DNA from: the human T2T-CHM13v2.0 reference genome, Homo sapiens
NCBI RefSeq assembly: GCF_009914755.1
Contig: NC_060929.1
Length of the DNA: 64,000 bases
Direction: 5' to 3' (one strand)
Shown here: positions 40,905-64,000 of the stretch, piece after piece
How the letters are laid out: the number at the start of each line of letters is the position of its first letter
Numbering within the stretch: the first letter of the stretch is position 1
Notes under the pieces: model-generated
What the model was told of the DNA's origin: nothing
The model's input: only the letters and a program-made list of their open reading frames with translations
Databases searched by the model: none
Position numbers and translations under genes: made by a program

Positions 40905-43160
40905 TCCAATCCTTTGCAAACCCTTCCAAAAAATAGAAGAGGAAAGAACATGTTCCAACTCATTCTACGAGGCCCCATATTACCTTGAAGCCAAAAGCAG
41001 AAAAATATATCAGAAGAAAAGAGAACTACAGACCAATATTCCATATTAGTATAGACATAACATTCCTCAAAATACTAGCAAACAGAATCAAACAGTGTAT
41101 AAAAAGGATTATACACCATGGCCAAATGAGGATTTATTTTAGGAATGTAATGTTGTTTCAACATGAACACCAATCAATGTAATGCACCATATTGAGAATA
41201 AGGGACAAAAAGCACATGATCATCTGAATAGATGCATACAAAATTTTGACAAAATCCAACAGCCTTTCATGACACAAACATTCAACAAAATAGAAATAGA
41301 AGGGAGCTTTTTCAACATTATAAAGGGTGTCTATGAAGAACTCGTATCTAAAATTATACTTTATGGTGGGGCGCGGTGGCTCATGCCTGTAATCCCAGCA
41401 CTTTGGGAGGCCAAGGCAGGCGGATCACAAGGTCAGGAGATCGAGACCATCCTGGCTAACATGGTGAAACCCCGTCTCTACTAAAAATACAAACAATTAG
41501 CCGGGCGTAGTGGCGGGTGCCTGTAGTCCCAGCTACTCGGAGGCTGAGGCAGGAGAATGGCATGAACCTGGGAGGCCGAGCTTGCAGTGAGCCAAGATTG
41601 CACCACTGCACTCCAGCCTGGGCGACAGAGCCAGACTCTGTCTCAAAAAAAAAAAAATTATACTTAATGGCGAAGAACTTAAAGCTTTCCTTCTAAGATG
41701 AAGAACAAGACAAAGATGTCCTCTTTCAATTTCTATCTTCTATATAATATTGTACTGTAGTTTCTAAACAAGGTTATTAGGCCAGAGAGAGAGAGAGAGA
41801 GAGAGACATCCAGATTGGAGAGGAAGAAGTAAAATTATTTCTACTTGCAGATAACATAGTTTTAGACACAAAATTATAAAGAATTCACACACAAAATACT
41901 ATTATATCTAACAAACCAGTTCATCTAGGTTGTGAGATACAATGTCCACATACAGAAATCAACTTTATTTCTATACACTATCAATTAACAATCCAATTTT
42001 TTTTTTTTTTGAGATGGAGTCTCGCTCTGTAGCCCACGCTGGAATGCAGTGTCGCAGTCTTGGCTTACTGCAACTTCCACCACCTGGGCTCAAGCAATTC
42101 TCATGCCTTGGCCTCCCGAGTAGCTGGGATTACAGGCACCTGCCACCATGCCCGGCTAATTTTTGTTTTTTTAGTAGAGATGTGGCTTCACCATGTTGGC
42201 CAGGCTGGTCTCAAACTCCTGACCTCAAGTGATTTGCCCGTCTTGGCCTCTCAAAGTGCTGGGATTACAGGCATGAGCCACTGTGCCTGGCCAGAAAAAA
42301 ATTTAAATTCCATCTATAATAGCATAAAACAGAATAGAATAAAATGCTTAGGAATAAATTTAGCCAAACATCTCAAAATTTATACATTACAAACTTTAAA
42401 ACATTGCTGAAAGAAATTAAAGAAGGCTTAAATAAATAAAAAGACATATCATGTTCATGGATTGAAAGACTTAATATTGTTAGGATGGTAATACTACCCA
42501 ATGCAACCTTAAGATTCAATGCAATTCCCATCAAAATCAAAATGGTGTTTGTTGTAGAAATGAAATAATTGATCCTAAAATTCACATGGAATTGTATGTA
42601 AGTAACCCCAAATAGCCAAAATAAACTTTAAAAAGAAGTATGAGTTAGAAGATTCATACTTCTTGATTTCAAACTTTATTACATAGTTGAAGTAATTGAA
42701 ATACTGTGGTATTAGCATAAGGATAGACATTTAGATAAATGGAATAAAATTAAGGGTCTAGGAATAAACCCATATACTTATAGTCAATCGATTTTTGATA
42801 AAAGTGCCAAGAATATTCAATGGGTAAATAAAAGTCTTTTCAACAGATGGTGCTGGGATAACTGGAGATCCAAGTGCAAAAGAATGAAGTTGGACCCCTA
42901 TCTCACAACCTATGCAAAATAAACTCAAAATGGATGAAAGACCAAAAAAGAGCTATGACACTCTTTGGAAAAGAAGGATTAAATCTTCATGACCTTTAAT
43001 TTGTCAATACATTCTTAGATATGAAAACAAAAGCATAAACACCCAAAGACAAATTAGATAAATTGGACTTTATCAAAATTAAAAACTTTAGTCCATCGAA
43101 AGTCTATTAAAACTTTTCTCACCAGAAAGTGAAAAAAGAACCTACAGAATGAGAGAAAAT
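40905..43160 (+). mobile_element. Old degenerate L1 (L1M-type) ORF2 segment, interrupted by Alus 41365-41657(+, AluY-like) and 41997-42292(-)
   Basis: Fragmented ORF2 peptides (NSFYEA, KENYRPI, KILANRI, FDKIQQPFM). Confidence 0.85.
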
Positions 43161-43161
43161 A

Positions 43162-45005
<1,844 letters not shown>

Positions 45006-45461
45006 TCTTCCTGGCTTATTCACAAATGAGGTAGCCTCTTCTTCATCCTGCATTGGACTACATGTTTTGAGATACTTTTTTTGATAATAAAGCATTTACT
45101 AACATAATTTGTTTCATCTTTTGCTTAATCAAAGTTATAATATATGCAAATGTTAACTAGACCTTCTGATTAATGTGAGCCATACCATCACTATCACAAT
45201 GCTAGTTGATATAATGTTCAATCCAAAGAAAAGAGTTTTGATACTTTAATAGGCTGCTGCACTCTCATTTTGGATCATGTAAATTTAAAAATAACCCTAG
45301 GTACACAATGACTGTCTTCACAAACTCATAAGAATCTAATTTCATATAGTTGGCGATTACTCCGGTAGTAATTACAGTTGGGTTCTTTCTGGACTCCTGG
45401 ACTGAGTGTTTGTAGGTTGATTTAGTTGTGTATTATTGAAGGCATATCTTTGGATAAACTG

Positions 45462-45770
45462 TTTTTTTTTTTTTTTTTTCAGAGACAAAGTCTTGCTCTG
45501 TCACCCCGGCTGGAGTACAGTGGCATGATCATAGCTCACTGCAGCCTCAAACTCCTGGACTCAAGCTATCCTCCCACCACAGTTCCCAAGTAACTAGGAC
45601 TATAGGCATGCACCACCACCATATCTGGCTTTTTAATTTTTTTTTACTTTTTGTAGAGATGAGGTCTCACTATGCTGTGCAGGCTGGTCTCAAACTCCTG
45701 GCCTTAAGCTATCCTCCTGTCTGGGTTTCCCAAAGTGCTGGCATTATAAGCATGAGCCACTGTGTTTGAC
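45462..45770 (-). mobile_element. AluJ-like element
   Basis: Alu consensus; flanked by ATAAACTGTTTT. Confidence 0.88.
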
Positions 45771-45786
45771 TAATAAACTGTTTTGA

Positions 45787-50863
<5,077 letters not shown>

Positions 50864-51534
50864 AATAAACTGTTTTGATAAAAATTTCTCTTTGGTTCAC
50901 ATTTACTTATGCATATTTAAAAGAAACTCATTTATTGTTCATGAGTGTGGAGCTTATATGTGCTCAAGATGATGTACTATGGTTTTTATATATCTTGAAT
51001 CTCATCAATCCTATAAAAAGTTTCATTCCCTTTGTTATGTAAGAAAATTGAGGCCTATGAGGATAATACAGATAGCAGATTGTGAACTCTAAATTTGAGA
51101 CAAGATTTGTTTGATGCCTTTTTTGGCAAGCCACATTTTCTTTCCAGAAACAGGCCCAAATCAGTAGAAGATGAAAAGGAGAAAGAAGAGAATGAAACCA
51201 ATTTCTTTGTGAGTCTGGGTAATTTATTACATTTCGTGTATATTTAATTACATAGCAGCAGTGATGTTTACTCATATGCTCACTTTGAGAGCTTGCATTT
51301 GGAAACTTGGTCACATAAATATCAAAGAAATAGATTGGTGGTGCACTAAAGTAAAGATCTATGAATTACTATATCTACCTTCCAGACCATCCTTTTGGTC
51401 CTGGTGACCATGAAGCATTTTAGTAAGATTGCTGTTACTTTTAGTGCTATGTGTATCCCTACAGTATCCCATGATTCATTCAAATAAACAAATGAACAAA
51501 CAAGCAAACAAACAAAGGACAAAGAATATATTAG

Positions 51535-54230
<2,696 letters not shown>

Positions 54231-56377
54231 TAGGATTTTACTTTTTTTAACCACATTGTTTATTCTTTCTTGGCCTGTGGAATATTTAACGATGAATCTG
54301 ATATTAAAACATATCTGTTTAAAGATTGTTTAAAGAATTATAGCTTAAAATTAAGGGGTGGCCTGACATTTTCTGAGTGATTGATTTTTATTTTAGGTCT
54401 ATTGCATGCTGAGCTCTTGGTATGAAAACAAAAACAACTTTCCGTTTAGGCACCACAAGTTTGAAGTGTAGATCAAATAAATGACCTTGTCCTTTTTTAC
54501 CCTTCCTCCACAGGACTTTACATAAGGCAGTTACAGAACCACTGAAATCTTTGTATTTTATGTCTTCCTTCTCAGAGCTGTTTGACTTAATTCAAATTTA
54601 AACCAAATGAAATGTATCTTGTACTTGCAGGCTACTGCTACAATGTGCATTGCAATAACTGAAAAACCCAGATGCCATTCAGAAACCCAAACAAATCTGG
54701 GCCTTCTCCTAAATTTAGCAAATGCCTGTCGCTATTAAAAACCATAACGACAAAACTTCTTATCTCCTCGTGATTGTAATTTGATTCTTGCCATTTGCAG
54801 CCATCGGGGTCACCAGGGCAAAAGCTTGTCCAGTGTGGAAAAGTACAACGGCACCTGTCCAGAAGTCTGTCCAGAAGGGAAGTGTGAAACCTTGTATTTC
54901 CTAATCTATTTAAACCTTAAACAACTTTCCTATGAAGAACCGGATGCCAACAGAGAGTATTAATCTAGTGGCCTCACTTTAAATTAATGCACAGATCACA
55001 GCATTTAATGCAGTGCTTCCAGCAGAGATGGGCAGCATCTTATTATGTGTAATGATAAAGCATTTAATAATCATCATTTTACTGAAATCTTCCTTTGAAT
55101 AAGGCATTGCTTGGCAGCCATTTTTCATTCTCAAACTGTTCACAGTGTGACACTTTAAATGGAAAAAGCAACACCACCTGGAGTACTTATTAGCTTAACA
55201 AGCACTTGCCTGGGAGCCTAGGAAGATTCACTGTGTTTCACTCCCTCCTGAGTGGTTTAACTCCAGAGCTTAATGGTATTCTTTGACTCTAGGGCCTGGA
55301 GCAATCTGCCACTAGGGGATGCTCTTGCTTCTTCACTCCAACTCCTGGCCGGTTCAATTCTGACCTTATCAGCCTCAATACAAGAGAGGAGGAAAAAGGA
55401 GGCTTTTACTCTTCCCCAGTGAGTTTGTTCCTCTGAAACCCCCAGAGTCAGCTAAATCTGTTGGAACAATTCAGAGCAAAATGAAATGACTAGTAAATGA
55501 AATAGCTTCGTTAAAATGTTTTCAAATATCTCCCTGTGGTGAACCAGAATTGCTTCCTGATATCATCGGTGGAGTAATAGTTTCATTAGGGTTTGGGGAT
55601 GTTAACAGTGTTTGAAGAGCTGCCAAGGGAGGTGAGGGCAAATGGGGAAGAGCTGGTGTCACAGGAGATGAGGAGAGGGCTGTGCCCTTATTGACCCTTC
55701 CCCAGTCTGGCAGAAATCTGCTTTATCCTTCTACTGATTTAGCTTTGGCTCAGACACCATTTATTTGCCAAAGCATGCCCATATACCAGTTTTGGGGTTT
55801 GTTAGAAATAAAAGTCCAGGGGGTCACATGAACTTGAGAAATTCTGGGTTGAAAAAGTTAAAAAAGTTTTACTTGTTACAGAACTTTCAGAACATTTAAT
55901 TTACAATGCACTGTGCTTTGCAAATCCAAGCTGGGCATTTGCTGGGAGTAATTGTTGACTGGGTTCTTCATCTTGAAATTCTCCTGAATTGGCTTGATGT
56001 TGCACTGTTTTGGTTTTTCTTCTTTTTCTGTAACCTCTCCTTTTTGGGACTTTTTTTCTTCTTACTCCTGAACAGGGGCATTTCTTGTGGTTTTATGGTT
56101 CATTATGTTCAGTCTCTAGAAGATTCACTGAAGTCCATGATTTTAGTTAGATACCTCCATGCTAGCAGCTCCACCCATGTCCCCCTCCAAGAGACATAGG
56201 TGAAGCCTGTCTCTTCCCAAAGAGACCTCCATTATATGTTGGATGCTTTCCCCAAAGTAAAAATGTCCCCTCTCCAAAACCATCTCTTCCTTTTTGACTT
56301 CTAATTTTCTTCCTCCTTTAAATTTTTCTTAAATTCTTTCAATTCTCTGAGTCAATCAGACTTGAAACCATATTTAA

Positions 56378-56895
<518 letters not shown>

Positions 56896-57556
56896 CTGTG
56901 TCAATCCCTTTTTAAATGAGGCCTTGATCCCCTTGTCTAAACTACTGAAATAAATTCCAAGTCACGCTTCCTGCTTCCTTTCCTTACCTATTCTATGTAG
57001 GCTGCACACAGCTACTGTTTCAATCAATCTAAAACACTGCTTTGATTCTTTCTTAAAAACTTCCAGTGGGTGAATTCTCAGTGACTCATTGTGTGAATAA
57101 AGTCCATACAACTTATGCTAGCAGTAAAACTTCCCACAGTGTTGCTCCCACCTGCATTTAAAGCCTTTGTGCTAATGGTTCCTCCATTAAAATTGCAGAC
57201 AGAAGAAATGCTCTTGTGATGTTACAGATATGAAGGTAGGAGTGTGCAAGGCAATTGGGGAAAGGAAGTTTCTGTAACCCTTTCAGAATTGAATGATCTA
57301 TGGGATACCTGAGCTGAACAATTCAAGTTCTAAATTACTATAAATATATCCAAATCATCCTCTAGATTAAGGATATTCTGTAAATGGGCTAATACGGTCC
57401 TTTATAGCATGTAAAGAACAAAAATAAGGAAGGATATAGCTTAAGGCTTCTACCTGTCAAAGCTGATAGCCTATCATATTACACATTTTAGAAAATATTG
57501 ATCAAATTCAGGATGAAAAAATTAATACATGCATGTATATATAAATAAAAAGCTAC

Positions 57557-58376
57557 TGTAGCAGATGCTGTTGGTACCCTACCCATATTCCTTCATCGCT
57601 CGCCTCTAAATGACAAAGGTAAACACCTGCAAATATTGCAAATGCTACAATTCCCTGCTTGAAAACCTTTACTTATGGCTGCAGGCGTGTGCTTAGCTTG
57701 CCCCCAGGGCAAGCTGGTAGTGCCAGAGAGCCAATGGGTTCAGAAGCTACCTTCATCATCAGCGATGGGTTTCCTTACCCCTTAATTGGACTAACTCTTT
57801 TTTTTTTTTTTTTTTTTGGGGGACAGGCTCTCGCTCTGTCACCCAGGCTGCTCTTCAGCAGTGCAGTCTCTTCAGTGGTGCAATCTCACTTCACTGCTGC
57901 CTCTGCCTCCTGGGTTCCGGTGATTCTCGTGCCTCAGCCTCCTGAGTAGTTGGGATTACAGGCATGAACCACCATAACTGGCTTTTTTTTTTTTTTGTAT
58001 TTTTAGTAGAGATGGGGCTTCACCATCATGGCTAGGCTGGTCTTGAACTCCTGACCTCAAGTGATCCACCCACCTCAGCCTCCCAAAGTGCTGGGATCAC
58101 AGGTGTGAACCACCACACCTGGCTGGACTAACTCTTAATTGCAGAGTTGGTGTGCAATGTCTTTCAGAGTTCCTCATTAGAACTGAACTCAAATTGCCCA
58201 CTGGAGTCTCTTGCTTGATAAAACACCCTTTATTGACTTTCTTTTCTCCCCAATCTCACTTTCCCACTTCCAGTGGTGCTTTCTAAGATTATCTCTTAAA
58301 ACAAAAACAAAAACAAACTACTTGCAATTGAATTCTTGTTTCTGAATCTACTTCTGGGGGAACCCAAACTAAGAGA
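57557..58376 (+). mobile_element. LTR16-type ERVL LTR containing Alu 57797-58124(-)
   Basis: TGTAGCAGATGCTGTTGG start, CTTCTGGGGGAACCCAAACTAAGA end; Alu TSD GGACTAACTCTT. Confidence 0.7.
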
Positions 58377-58797
58377 GCCGCTGAAATGGAATTGTATATT
58401 GAGAATTTAAGATGAGTCTATGGCATCTGGAATTTATGCAGTTGGAGCTGAATAAAAAATATTTCTTTCAGGAGTCAGGATCTTTGTCTCTGTGACAAAA
58501 TTTCTTCCACACAAATCACTAAAGCTTTGAACAAAAGATGCGGAAGCTTTGTCTCTGGAAACCACCATTAATTTATGAGGGGAGGATAGGGGTTGTCTTT
58601 ATTATTCCAGTGCTTTGGATATAGGAAGAAAAAGTCATTAAAGCTAGAAAATCTTCACTAATGGAATGTTTACTTATAAAATTATTCTTAACTCAAATTT
58701 TCTTTCCCGCTTAACATTTATTCTACCTCACTCATAATGCACTAGCAGCTAGTGTTAGAATATTTGGTCCAACAATACAAATAAAACTGTAGCTCAA

Positions 58798-59101
<304 letters not shown>

Positions 59102-59769
59102 AACTGTAGCTCAGTTTCAATAGGAAATCTAAAATCTTGCAAAATAAGCAGCATTTTATTAAATGTATGAAGGTGATGTTGGGGACTTGCTAGAATCAAT
59201 GCAAAGCTATGGGCAAATAAAGACCTGGTAGAATAAGACAAGATAAAAAGCAAAGGAGAGAAAATGGATGTGGATAATGACCCTGAGAAGAACTTTCCAA
59301 CACAGTGATCTGATTATCAAAGGATTAAGTGAAGTTCTTGAGAAAATTAGTGATGTCCTCAAATATGTTTACAAAAATTGATATTCTTTCTGATTATTCT
59401 GTGAAAGTTAAGCATGAAGGGATGACTATTGGGTTGTATTAGGCTGTACTTTGGGGAAAAATTCTACTCCAGAACATTCTATTTAGATTTTGAGTGACAG
59501 AACTGCATTTAAATATTTTCTTTCATAAAATATTTAATCTCAAAGTCTGGCATATAACACCTTTTAAGAGAATCATGAAAACATCCACTTAGTTTAGTAG
59601 ATTGAAACAAGAAGGAGGCTCATCCCTTGCCTTACAGAGTCTCCTTTGGTTGAAAATCACTTAAACATTGAACTGAGAACATTTGCTGTGTTTCCTGATT
59701 TATAGATATGTTTCTAAGAAACATATCTATAACTTCCAAACAGTCCCAGCTGGCTGTAGCTAAGGCTGT

Positions 59770-59912
59770 GTAATTGATAAGATGCATCTGGTTTCAAGGC
59801 ACAGATTAAGTACAAGGTCAGGCTCTTGCTGTCGTTGGAGAATCCGGTTGGGGTAGGAGCTAAATCTCAGGACCACTTGCTCTATATATGAGTGCCAAGA
59901 TAATCTAGAGCA
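59770..59912 (+). promoter_or_regulatory. C7: C7 proximal promoter (TATA-like TATATAT 59883-59889; GATA, E-box and NR5A-like motifs)
   Basis: TATA-like element ~140 nt upstream of the C7 ATG; TGATAA 59775, CATCTG 59785, TCAAGGCA 59794, CAAGGTCA 59813. Confidence 0.65.
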
Positions 59913-60025
59913 GGGAGAGGCAGAGAGGCAGGCAGCCTGCTGGGCTCTTCCTGCTGTTGAAAACTTACCCGGCCCTTACAGAGGAAATCTTCCTCCTCTC
60001 TTCTGCCCTGAATGTTTTCCCAAAC
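59912..60025 (+). other. C7: C7 exon 1 5'UTR (start inferred ~30 nt after TATA)
   Basis: Unique sequence between TATA and CCCAAACATG. Confidence 0.65.
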
Positions 60026-60031
60026 ATGAAG
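60026..60031 (+). CDS. C7: Complement component C7, first coding exon (Met-Lys only; intron 1 follows)
   Basis: CCCAAAC-ATG-AAG|GTAAGA with a strong donor at 60032; C7 is known to begin MK(VISLF) and to lie downstream of CARD6 on the same strand; only 6 coding nt are visible, so the call depends on recognition and synteny. Confidence 0.8.
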
Positions 60032-60994
60032 GTAAGACAATAAATTCATTACTTTTGTAAATGAAGCTATCTTTTCAAATGAACGGGGGTAATATAAATG
60101 TAATTTAAACGAAGAGGTGTAATACCTAACTGAAAGACATCAAATAAATAGAAGGCCAGAGGAAAATACAGAAGAAAAAGACCTGGGGGTGATGTTTAGA
60201 AATCCTTATTTAAACATATTTAACAGTTCAGCCAAAGTGAATTCCTTTTTCTTATCTTGTGGTGAAATTATAGGTCCAGAGGTCTGGGAATCAGGAATTG
60301 GAGACAATGTTTATGAAAGTCCCGATAAAGTCATAAAGAAATACAATAGTACTATTGTTATTTCTTGGGAAAAACTTTCCTCTGGTGTATTTTTTTTTTT
60401 TTTTTTTTGCTTGTTTGGATTAGGAGCCATGCAGTAGGGTCCTGCGATTTATCTAAGAGCTAATAGAAAAGCAAATTTGCAGGCTTGGAACTTGAGAATT
60501 TGAAATCCTGGATGAAAGAGTCAGCATTGTGAGAATAGAAGATATGAGTAGATGGAATAAAACTAAAGGTCTACCAAGTATACATGTTGGCCCAATGCAA
60601 AAAGGCCAAATATTAAAAAACAAAACAAAACACAACCAAAAAGCTATTCAACAAAAGATAAGACCAAAGATAGAAATCGCTATCATAGACTAAATCTCTG
60701 GAATGCAAAAATAAGTTGAGATTGCTATTCAAATTTTATTATTGTAAATTTTGGTATTTAAACTTTAAAAATGTTGCATTGTAAGACTGTAGGAATAATT
60801 TCACAGACCTGTCAGTGGCTAGATTGCTTCCATAGTCACTGTATTGTCCATTGGGGCACCGAATCCAAGCTCGCTCATTATTGGGGTTAGAGGAGGAGCA
60901 AGATATGGATCTTGATTAAGCCATGCCTTCTGTGAAATTAAATAATTAAAATTAAACACAAATAACAAAGTTAATTTGTTTAAAGTTATGATGG

Positions 60995-61245
60995 GCAGTC
61001 ATAAAAAAGAATGAAATCATGTCCTTTGCAGCAACATGGAGGCAGATAGAGGTCATTATCCTAAGAAAATTAACGCAGGAACAGACAATCAAATACCCCA
61101 TGTTCTTAATTTTTAAGTGGGAGCTAAATATTGGGTACTCATGGGCATAAAGATGGCAACACTAGACACTGCACTCCAGCCTGGGCAATAAGGTGAGACT
61201 CTCTCTCAAAAAAAAAAAAAACAAAAAAAAAACAAGAAAAGAAAA
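60995..61245 (+). mobile_element. Old L1 3' fragment fused to an Alu 3' fragment
   Basis: ATAAAAAAGAATGAAATCATGTCCTTTGCAGCAACATGG (L1) joined via CACTG to CACTCCAGCCTGGG + A-tail. Confidence 0.75.
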
Positions 61246-62070
61246 TGATGCTCTTCTGAAAGTTATCTAGCCAAAATGTTTTTTCCTAATATTTGTGTTA
61301 ACTATTAATCTTTTACTTTATTTTACAATAAGAAATCTTAATAATTGCTTTGTGCTTAAAAACATGTTTACAATCATTATTATAATATTTTACTGCTGTA
61401 ATAATAAATATACTTCTATCCTTTAATTAGTTGACAAAATATCAACAAATAAAGCAATTAATTTTTTAAAAATTTTACATATAGGGGCTTTCCAGCAAAA
61501 ATTGGGAAGCCTGATAGACAAGTTCTAAAACAACTGTAACACTAAAGCAATTATTTCACTCCAAGTCGCATGTAGAGTTCTTACCTGTATTTGAAAGTGG
61601 ACATTCATATTTTTACAGTAAACCTGAAGGACATGCTTTGGTGATATGTGACAAAGAAGGGACACTTGTGAAAGCCTTGGGCTATCAAGAAGCTAGAAAT
61701 GGTTTCTATGTCAGACTTTTTAAGAGGAAGCAATGTTTTGGCCCCACAGCCCCCACGTGAACTAAATTCAGAGAGACAGTCACAGGATTCCCTTTGGTTC
61801 TCTCTGTGTTCTTGGATAGGAAATAACTTGGATCTGAGGTGTTGGAGAAGGATGTCAGGGACAAGGGACTTCCCTCGGAGCTGGCTGTGGCCCAGCCATT
61901 TGTTCTGTCCCTCCAGGAGAGAGCTGAGCTTGGGGCCTGTGAATCTAGGGAATGGTCGTCACAGTGCCCAAGCACAGTGATGGTCAAGCACAGTAATGTC
62001 TCAAATCAGGATTGTAGCTGGGACATACTGGAAGAAGGAGGTAGAGCTAATGCTCATTCATTGATGATAA

Positions 62071-63073
<1,003 letters not shown>

Positions 63074-63221
63074 TGAAATTATTTTAAAACACCTGTGACA
63101 GAATGTTAGAAATAATTATTTTCAGTATCCACATTTTGGCTGAGAGTCAAAGGCCAAGAACAAGTACTCAAGATTTTTTGAAATTTTATGGTTTTTTTTG
63201 GAAATTTTATTCATTTAGTTA

Positions 63222-64000
63222 TTTTATTTGTATACATTTAAGGGGTACAAGTGCAATTTTGTTACATGGATATATTGGGTAGTGTTGAAGTCTGGGCTTT
63301 CAGTGTATCTATCTTCCAAATAATGTACATTGTACCCATTAAGTAATTTCTCATCACTCTTCCCCTTTCTATCCCCAACTCTTCTGAGTCTCCAATGTCT
63401 ATTATTCCATACTTTTTGTCCATGTGTACACATTATTTAGCTCCTACTTGTAAGTGAGAATATGAGGTACTTGATTTTATGTTTCTAAGTTGTTTCACTT
63501 AATATAATGGCCTCTAGTTCCATCCATGCTGCTGCAAAAGACATGGTTTCATTCTTTTTTAAAAAATTGAACAGTATTTCATTGTGTATATACTGCATTT
63601 TCTTTATCCAATCATCTGTTGTTGGACACTTAGGTTGCTTCTATATCTTTGCTATTGTGAATAGTGTTGAGATAAACATACGAGTACGGGTATCTTTCTG
63701 ATATAATGATTTCTTTTCCTTTGGGTAGATACCCAGTAGTGGGATTGATGGATCCGATGGTAGTTCAATTTTTAGTTCTTTGAGAAATCTCCATACTGTT
63801 TTTTATGGAAGTTGTACTAATTTACATTCCCACCAATAGTATATATTGGTGGGAATATATACTATTCCCTATTCTCACTTATCTCTGCATTCCTACCAAC
63901 AACTGTTATTTTTTGACATTTTTAAAGAGAGATGGTGTCTTGCTCTGTTATCCAGGCTGGAGAGTAATGGTGCAATCATAGCTCACTGCACCTTTGAATT
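63222..64000 (-). mobile_element. Old L1 (L1MA-like) 3' end ~63222-63925, then an Alu cut by the window edge
   Basis: GGGGTACAAGTGCAATTTTGTTACATGG...CCCAGTAGTGGGATTG; GAGATGGTGTCTTGCTCTG. Confidence 0.8.

Noticed and set aside
55906-56199. 97-aa hydrophobic ORF
   Set aside because: Low-complexity T-rich sequence, probably an old L2-like relic; no splice or homology support

Overview
This is primate (almost certainly human) nuclear DNA, recognisable as the CARD6-C7 interval (5p13.1 from established knowledge). It starts in the last CARD6 intron and contains the 2.3-kb terminal coding exon (2598-4870) and 3'UTR (AATAAA at 5754). About 54 kb of repeat-dense intergenic DNA follows: roughly 60 Alus, several L1s and a dense cluster of ERV/MaLR LTRs at 12-34 kb. 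The window ends with the TATA promoter, first exon (Met-Lys only) and start of intron 1 of complement C7. Nearly all short ORFs in the track are Alu/L1/LTR artefacts. I found no tRNA, rRNA or CRISPR, and no convincing new multi-gene system. The most notable signals are: an LTR10 with a 28-bp AP-1 tandem array; an LTR8-type ERV 3' end that looks L1-retrotransposed (poly-A, long TSD, no U5); two templated-insertion scars (an 85-nt near-perfect hairpin, and a 19-nt inverted copy of a MER11 junction 1.8 kb away); an Alu-Alu gene-conversion tract; a candidate in-frame alternative CARD6 last exon; a degenerate GTPase-like motif set in CARD6; and NR5A/GATA sites plus an overlapping uORF at C7. Repeat subfamily names come from recalled consensus sequences, not from a search. 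Repeat boundaries without TSDs are approximate.
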